DNA from: an uncultured Dehalococcoidia bacterium
Lineage (GTDB): Bacteria; Chloroflexota; Dehalococcoidia; DSTF01; JACRBR01
DNA length: 64,000 nt
Direction: 5' to 3'
Assembly: GCA_964599885.1 (NCBI GenBank)
Contig: CAZRHH010000004.1
Coordinates: forward strand, 9,082 to 73,081
A program made the position numbers and the translations under genes. The first letter of the stretch is position 1. The number at the start of each line of letters is the position of its first letter. This document shows, in pieces, positions 58,858 to 64,000 of this stretch. The notes beneath the pieces are model-generated. The model was not told where the DNA came from, made no database searches, and saw only the letters and a program-made list of their open reading frames with translations.

Positions 58858-59082
58858 TTGGCGCTGTTTCGGCGACGGACAGGGTCTGAAGAGCCTGCCC
58901 TACGGTGAGTGGAGTACGGACGGTGCGGGCATGATGTGATGATAACTCCAGCTCGTCGATGGTCGCAGTGATGGTTCGCCAGTTGGGACGATAGGGCATC
59001 GGCAGCGGGAACGCCTAGCGTTCAATGTCACTGGCGCGGGGACGGCGCTGCGCCGCGCGTGGCCCGCGACGCTCGCCGGCGT

Positions 59083-59877
59083 TCACCGAGTGCCTTTCAC
59101 TGCCCACGCGCGAGCGATGAGCGGGATCGAGCCGTCACTCGCGATTGGCAGTCTTTCCCGAATCAGGTCACGCAATCTGTGCCGTTGCGGGTCGTTCAAG
59201 GACATCGCGTATCGTGGCGCGGGCGCCTGTCCGCCGAGAAACGGTGACCAGTAGTCGTCGAAATCGGGGAAGACTGTCGGGACATCGATGGCGCGTGTTT
59301 CGACGCGCTGAAGTCCGCAGCCCGAGAAGAGTTCTCGCAGCGCATCGGCCTGACAAATGGAGAAGCGGCGGCCTTCGTCAAGCTCTTTCGATGCGGGATC
59401 CAGGTCTGCGGCAGCGTCCCAGAAGTACCGCATCATCTGCATCTCACCCGCGTAGTCCCAAACGTACGCGGCGACGATTCCAGTGGTTCGTGTGACGCGC
59501 ACGCACTCGGCAATTCCCGCGACCGGGTCCGGTACAAAGTTGAGTGAGAGTCCGGAGACGACGAAATCTGCGCTGCGATCCTCGAATGGCAGACCTTGTG
59601 CGTGGCCGATCGTGAACGTGATCCGATCGTCGCCGAAACGGTCCTTTGCGAAGGCGATGAAGCCATCGGATGGATCGACGCCCCGAATGGATCGCGGCGT
59701 GGCCGATGCGAGGATGGCGGCGCTCAGCTCACCTGTGCCGCAGCCGACGTCAACCCAGACTTTGGCAGGTGCGGGATCGAGCCATCGAACGAAGTCGGGC
59801 GCGACGAGGCGGCTCCATCTGCCGACGTAGGGTTCGTACGCCTCGCCGGCTGCCCATAGGTTGTCGTGCTGGCTCAT
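59083..59877 (-). CDS. class I SAM-dependent methyltransferase
   Basis: VWVDVGCGTGELS motif I; 264 aa. Confidence 0.8.
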   Translation of the reverse strand: MSQHDNLWAAGEAYEPYVGRWSRLVAPDFVRWLDPAPAKVWVDVGCGTGELSAAILASATPRSIRGVDPSDGFIAFAKDRFGDDRITFTIGHAQGLPFEDRSADFVVSGLSLNFVPDPVAGIAECVRVTRTTGIVAAYVWDYAGEMQMMRYFWDAAADLDPASKELDEGRRFSICQADALRELFSGCGLQRVETRAIDVPTVFPDFDDYWSPFLGGQAPAPRYAMSLNDPQRHRLRDLIRERLPIASDGSIPLIARAWAVKGTR

Positions 59878-60177
59878 GTTGTGATTACCCGGAACGATGC
59901 GCGATTGCCTGACGCATCACGTCAGGATAGCGGGCGGGGAATCCATCCAGGCTTCGGCGCCTAGCGTGATCAGGTAACCGGCGAAGAGGAGGTGCCGTAA
60001 TTACCGGGTACGAAGCCGATATCGACGGCACGCTCACCGAAGTGAGCAGCATTCACGACGGATCGCCTGCGACGTTCGCCGGACTGGCGGTAGACTGACG
60101 CTCGCCGCCCGACCTCACGGATCCTCGTAGGACGGACAGCTCCGATCGGTAGATCGTAGAAACAGGAGGTCCCGGAC

Positions 60178-60912
60178 ATGCCAACCGCTATCGGCCGGAA
60201 CGAAGCTCAACGTCTCATTAGCGAGGAGCGAGCTCAGCTCGTAGAGGTGTTACCCGAATCGGAATTCGAGGAGAGCCACATTGAAGGAGCCCGCAACATT
60301 CCCTTGAAGCGCCTGGATCGCGACAGGGTCGGCGAGTTAAACGCTGCCTCGCCCATCATCGTGTATTGTCACGACTGCCTTTGAGACATGAGCGCACGGG
60401 CCGCGTGGCGGCTCGAAACTCTTGGCTTCAACCGGGTCTACCGTTACACGGCTGGTAAGTCCGACTGGTCCGGCAGCGGCCTGCCGATGGAAGGCAAAGC
60501 CGAAGGCCAACCCACCGCCGGCAGCATCATTCGTCGCGGTGTGCCGACATGCAGGTTGGATGAGCGTTTCGGAGAGGTTCGCGCCAGAGTACGTGCAGCT
60601 GGCTGGGACTCCTGTGTGGTGGTGGGTAGCGAAGGCGTAGTGCTCGGACGGCTCCGCAACGAGGTGCTTGAGGGATCCTCAGAAGTTGCAGTTGATAGTG
60701 TTATGGAGTCCGGCCCGACGACCATCCGGCCCGACGTCTCGCTTCAATCGATCGTCGCCCGCCTTCGCCGAAAGAACGTGGAACAAGTCCTCGTGACGAC
60801 GCCCGATGGTGAGCTGCTCGGCGTACTCTTTCGAGAAGACGCGGAGCGACAGGTGACGAGCGCAGATGCCGCCCCACATGATGACGAAGACGCATGCGAG
60901 TGTGGCGTATAG
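60178..60912 (+). CDS. rhodanese-domain plus CBS-pair protein interrupted by one in-frame TGA (60382-60384): candidate selenoprotein or nonsense pseudogene
   Basis: Track ORFs 60178-60384 and 60388-60912 are in the same frame, separated only by a TGA and a GAC. Together they read ...IIVYCHDCL-TGA-DMSARAAWRLETLGF... (rhodanese active-site loop), followed by a CBS pair. Confidence 0.5.
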
Positions 60913-60952
60913 GTGGTCGCGGTGTTGCGTCACGCCGCGGCGAGTGCGGTGG

Positions 60953-62317
60953 TTACGTCAGGATCCCCGGCGGGGAATCCATCCACGCCTCGGCGCCTAG
61001 TGTGATGAGGTAGCCGGCAAACAACAACAACCCCGTGATCAGGTGGACCTGCACGTTTTTGCCCATCGACGCCATCAGCGTGTACGGGTCGCCGTAGTGG
61101 GCGCGGATGCCGCGGTACACGCTGAGCGCCATCGGCGCGGCGATCAGGGCGATCAGCGTCGGCCGCGGCAGCACGCCCGTCGCGCCGCCGATCGCCACGA
61201 CGGCGAAGGCGAGGATCGCTGCGACGAGGAAGCCGTTGGTGACGACTTCGGGCGAGAGGCGCGTCGGCAGCGTGCGCTTGCCGGCGAGGGCGTCGCTGTT
61301 GCGGTCGGGGATCTCGTTCACGTAGAGGATGAGCGCGATGAGGATGGCGACCGGGATCGATGCGACGAACGCTTCGCCGGACAGCGCCTCGCGCTGGACG
61401 ACGTAGGCGCCGAGCACCATGAGTGGGCCGAAGCCGATCGCCGTCGTGATCTCGCCGAGGCCGCGGTAGACGAGCTTGAACGGCGGCGCCGTGTAGAAGA
61501 CGCTGAGCAGCACGCCCGCGACGCCGATCGCCAGCAGCTCCCACGACGGACGCAGCGCGAGCAGCAGCAGCCCGACGGCGATGCCGACGGCGTAGGCGCC
61601 GATCGACACAGCGCCCATCTGCCGCAGCGTCACGAGGCCGCGCTGGATGACGCGTGAGCCGCCGCTGTACTGCGTCGGGTTGACGTTCGCTTCATCGGCG
61701 CCGGAGAGCGCGTCGAAGACGTCGTTCGCGGTGTTGAGGCCGATGTGGATCGCGCAACCGCCGAGCATCGTCAGGATCGCGAGCCACCAGTTGAAGCCGC
61801 CGTCGCGTGCGGCGACGGCGAGTCCGAGTAGAATCGGCACGATCGTCGCCGTCAGAAACGGCAGGCGAGTCGAGAGCAGTACGGTCCAGACGCGCGAGAG
61901 TCGCGGCTTGACGATGCGGCCCTGCTCTTCGGAAATCTGCGCGAGGTATGTGCGGGCCTGCTCGTTCGAGCGCTCGGAGTACTCGAAGAACGGCATCTCC
62001 TTCTCGTCCCAGCCCCAGGCGCGGGCGGGGCGGAAGATCGTCGCGCCGCTGTCATGACGTTCGGCGCGGCCGTGCATCGTCACGTAGCGGCGCTCGTCGT
62101 AGCCGGTGCCGGGCTGCGGACGGATGTGGCTGCCGATGACGTTGACGTCGCGGTCGGCGGGCACGGGCATGCCGGTGGGCGCGATGCGCACGACGCCGTC
62201 GGCGGCGTCGGACTCGAACGACGCGGGGATCTGCATCGGATAGCCGTCGTCATCGATCCACGTGAGCACGATGTGCGGGTACGTGCTGAGCTTCGTCAGC
62301 GCGACATCGATGTTCAT
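60953..62317 (-). CDS. PPOX-like flavin-binding domain fused to UbiA-family prenyltransferase (MenA-like)
   Basis: N-terminal ~140-aa split-barrel-like region, then eight TM helices with the aromatic prenyltransferase motif (NTANDVFDALSGAD, NDxxDxxxD). Confidence 0.7.
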   Translation of the reverse strand: MNIDVALTKLSTYPHIVLTWIDDDGYPMQIPASFESDAADGVVRIAPTGMPVPADRDVNVIGSHIRPQPGTGYDERRYVTMHGRAERHDSGATIFRPARAWGWDEKEMPFFEYSERSNEQARTYLAQISEEQGRIVKPRLSRVWTVLLSTRLPFLTATIVPILLGLAVAARDGGFNWWLAILTMLGGCAIHIGLNTANDVFDALSGADEANVNPTQYSGGSRVIQRGLVTLRQMGAVSIGAYAVGIAVGLLLLALRPSWELLAIGVAGVLLSVFYTAPPFKLVYRGLGEITTAIGFGPLMVLGAYVVQREALSGEAFVASIPVAILIALILYVNEIPDRNSDALAGKRTLPTRLSPEVVTNGFLVAAILAFAVVAIGGATGVLPRPTLIALIAAPMALSVYRGIRAHYGDPYTLMASMGKNVQVHLITGLLLFAGYLITLGAEAWMDSPPGILT

Positions 62318-62811
62318 GATGCGGCCCCGATCGCGGTGACGCCGGGCGCTTCAGCGACGTGCGGCGCGGGCGACGTATCGGCATCGTCCCACCAGAAGAT
62401 GCGGCGCGGCGTGATCTCGACGAGCGAGCGCTCGAAGAAGAGCGGAAGCGCGAAGCGCGCGCCGAGGAACTTGTCGATCGCCGGCTCCTTCGCGCGCCAG
62501 AGCGGCAGCACGCGCTCCCACGTCTCGTGCGGGTCTTCCTCGAAGATGACGGCGTCGCCCTGGATCGTGCAGCGCGCGGCGAGGCCGCCGGTCGCTGTTG
62601 GGTCGGTGATGGCGACGCTGACGCGCTTGTCGCGCTTGATGTGCTCGAGCTTCTTCGAGAAGAGGATGCTTGATGTGATGTAGATGCGCTCGCCGTCCCA
62701 GAGCGGGATCAGCGGATGCACCTGCGCCTCCCCGCGCTTGCCGACAACGGCGACCTCGGCCACAAGCGCGCGGTCGAGGAGGTCGTTGACGGCCTTCGGG
62801 ATCCAGTTCAC
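62314..62811 (-). CDS. PPOX-family (F420/FMN-binding split-barrel) protein
   Basis: 165 aa; its stop overlaps the start of the downstream fusion gene (ATGA). Confidence 0.65.
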   Translation of the reverse strand: MNWIPKAVNDLLDRALVAEVAVVGKRGEAQVHPLIPLWDGERIYITSSILFSKKLEHIKRDKRVSVAITDPTATGGLAARCTIQGDAVIFEEDPHETWERVLPLWRAKEPAIDKFLGARFALPLFFERSLVEITPRRIFWWDDADTSPAPHVAEAPGVTAIGAAS

Positions 62812-62944
62812 TGTTCTTCTCCGGCTCGGTGCGCGGCGGTTGTGCGTGTATTCACTATCGCGCAGCCGGAGGGTTGTGCGCTAGCGGGGGTATGCGGTAG
62901 GGGCATAGGGGTTGGGACGGGAGGTGGGCGTGGGGTCTGCTGCA

Positions 62945-64000
62945 TCAGGGCGCTGGATGACATCGTTGCAGCAGCTCCCAATGGCCGTGACGGGCCACCG
63001 AGCAGAACTGGGCGCGGAGCGCGCGAAACGCCGCATCCGGTCCGAAGACGCTCGACCGGTTCGCTTCGAAAAAGAAGTCATGCCGGTCGCTGAGAATGAC
63101 CACGTCGGCCGATCCTAGTTCGTCCGCGAGCCGGGAATCTGGCCCATTAGCGCTCCATGGATTCATCTCGAGGTAGTACGTCCCCGGCTGGAGCTCTGGC
63201 AACAGAAAGTAGATGAAGGTGTCGTTGTAGTTCGCGCGCCGCAACTCTGCGGGCGCGACGACGAGCCGGTCGCCCGGTTCCGTTGCCGACTCCGCCGCAT
63301 CGAGGATCAGCTCCAGGTCGGGCGCCCCGCCGAATCGCTCGATCGGAACGCGCCGCCCAGCATGCTCCACCTCGTCGGACGGATTCAACGCGCCATCAAC
63401 GATCGGGCGCAGAAAGATCACGATCAGTCCGGTGGCGATGACGAGTGCGCCAACACGGGCGATACGGCCAGCAGTTTCGCTGGACCATCGCACAGCGTCG
63501 ACGGCAATGACGGCGCCAACCGGCACGAACGCAACGGCGACACAGGCGAGCCACAGGGAGTGACCGAGATCGGCCCGCTGCAACGCTTGCGGCGCGAGCC
63601 CGAGCATAAGCACGGACGCGGTAAGCGCCGCCTGGCTTCTCGCATCGAATCGTCTGCGCGCCAGGTCGGTCGCCGCTCGCGCGAGGAGCAACGCAACGCT
63701 CACGCCGGACAACGCTAGCACCGTCCTCACGCGATCGTCCGCCGGCGGCAGCGGAAGCCGTCGGCCCTCTGGAAGTTCCAAGAACGGGTACTGGATCATC
63801 CCGTCGTACGTGGCGTCGATCCCAGCCATCGCGATGTGTACGACGGCTGGCGCAAGGCCGAGCGCCATGCCTGCGACGTATGACAGCGTGGCATCGCGCT
63901 TGTTCTGGGACACGAGGCCAGCGGCGACAACGGCCACCGCGGCGGGCGCAAGGTCGGTGCGAAACATGACCGCGAGCCCGGCAAGGAGGCCCGCCCCGAT
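62945..64000 (-). CDS. hypothetical integral membrane protein, partial (N-terminus beyond the window)
   Basis: Open reading frame continues to the window edge; multi-TM N-terminal half and a soluble C-terminal half. Confidence 0.5.
   Translation of the reverse strand: MGAGLLAGLAVMFRTDLAPAAVAVVAAGLVSQNKRDATLSYVAGMALGLAPAVVHIAMAGIDATYDGMIQYPFLELPEGRRLPLPPADDRVRTVLALSGVSVALLLARAATDLARRRFDARSQAALTASVLMLGLAPQALQRADLGHSLWLACVAVAFVPVGAVIAVDAVRWSSETAGRIARVGALVIATGLIVIFLRPIVDGALNPSDEVEHAGRRVPIERFGGAPDLELILDAAESATEPGDRLVVAPAELRRANYNDTFIYFLLPELQPGTYYLEMNPWSANGPDSRLADELGSADVVILSDRHDFFFEANRSSVFGPDAAFRALRAQFCSVARHGHWELLQRCHPAP

Overview
This is a high-GC (~65-70%) segment of a bacterial chromosome with about 60 protein-coding genes on both strands; I found no rRNA or tRNA genes and no CRISPR array. 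Phylum cannot be fixed from sequence alone. The GxxExxY gene, several PPOX/F420-type flavin-binding paralogues, a tungsten-type AOR and the codon usage are compatible with Chloroflexota or Actinomycetota.

Most of the window is housekeeping:
- a haem/sirohaem biosynthesis operon (sirC-like, hemA, hemC, cobA-hemD fusion, hemB)
- moaA and moaC
- ndk, tsaB, rdgB, proB, coaE, plsY, lysA and dnaN
- two half-size ABC exporter genes and an amino-acid ABC importer (binding protein plus permease, with no ATPase gene)
- several SDR and D-2-hydroxyacid dehydrogenases, an aldehyde:ferredoxin oxidoreductase and a PAS-GGDEF-EAL membrane sensor

The loci most worth a second look are:
- **HigB-HigA island (13.5-15.7 kb).** This low-GC island carries a HigB toxin followed by a HigA antitoxin fused to an ImmA/IrrE HExxH metallopeptidase. 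A co-oriented 160-aa protein with no recognisable family follows, and palindromic operator-like sites lie upstream.
- **Possible integrated island (41.15-43.14 kb).** A ~2-kb low-GC insertion carrying a GT-C-type membrane glycosyltransferase is flanked by ~60-bp direct repeats. The repeats re-create, mostly with synonymous changes, the 3' end and stop codon of the upstream PH-domain gene.
- **Interrupted rhodanese-CBS gene (60178-60912).** A single in-frame TGA sits in the active-site loop with a hairpin just downstream. This is either a selenoprotein or a pseudogene.
- **Short dispersed and tandem intergenic repeats.** There are several families. The most frequent is TTCACCACAGAGGCACAGAGG (five or more copies, all on the same strand). 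A related GCAAAGG-unit variant forms inverted repeats around the GxxExxY nuclease-fold gene.
- **PPOX-UbiA fusion operon (60953-62811).** A PPOX-like domain is fused to a UbiA prenyltransferase and is translationally coupled to a stand-alone PPOX paralogue.
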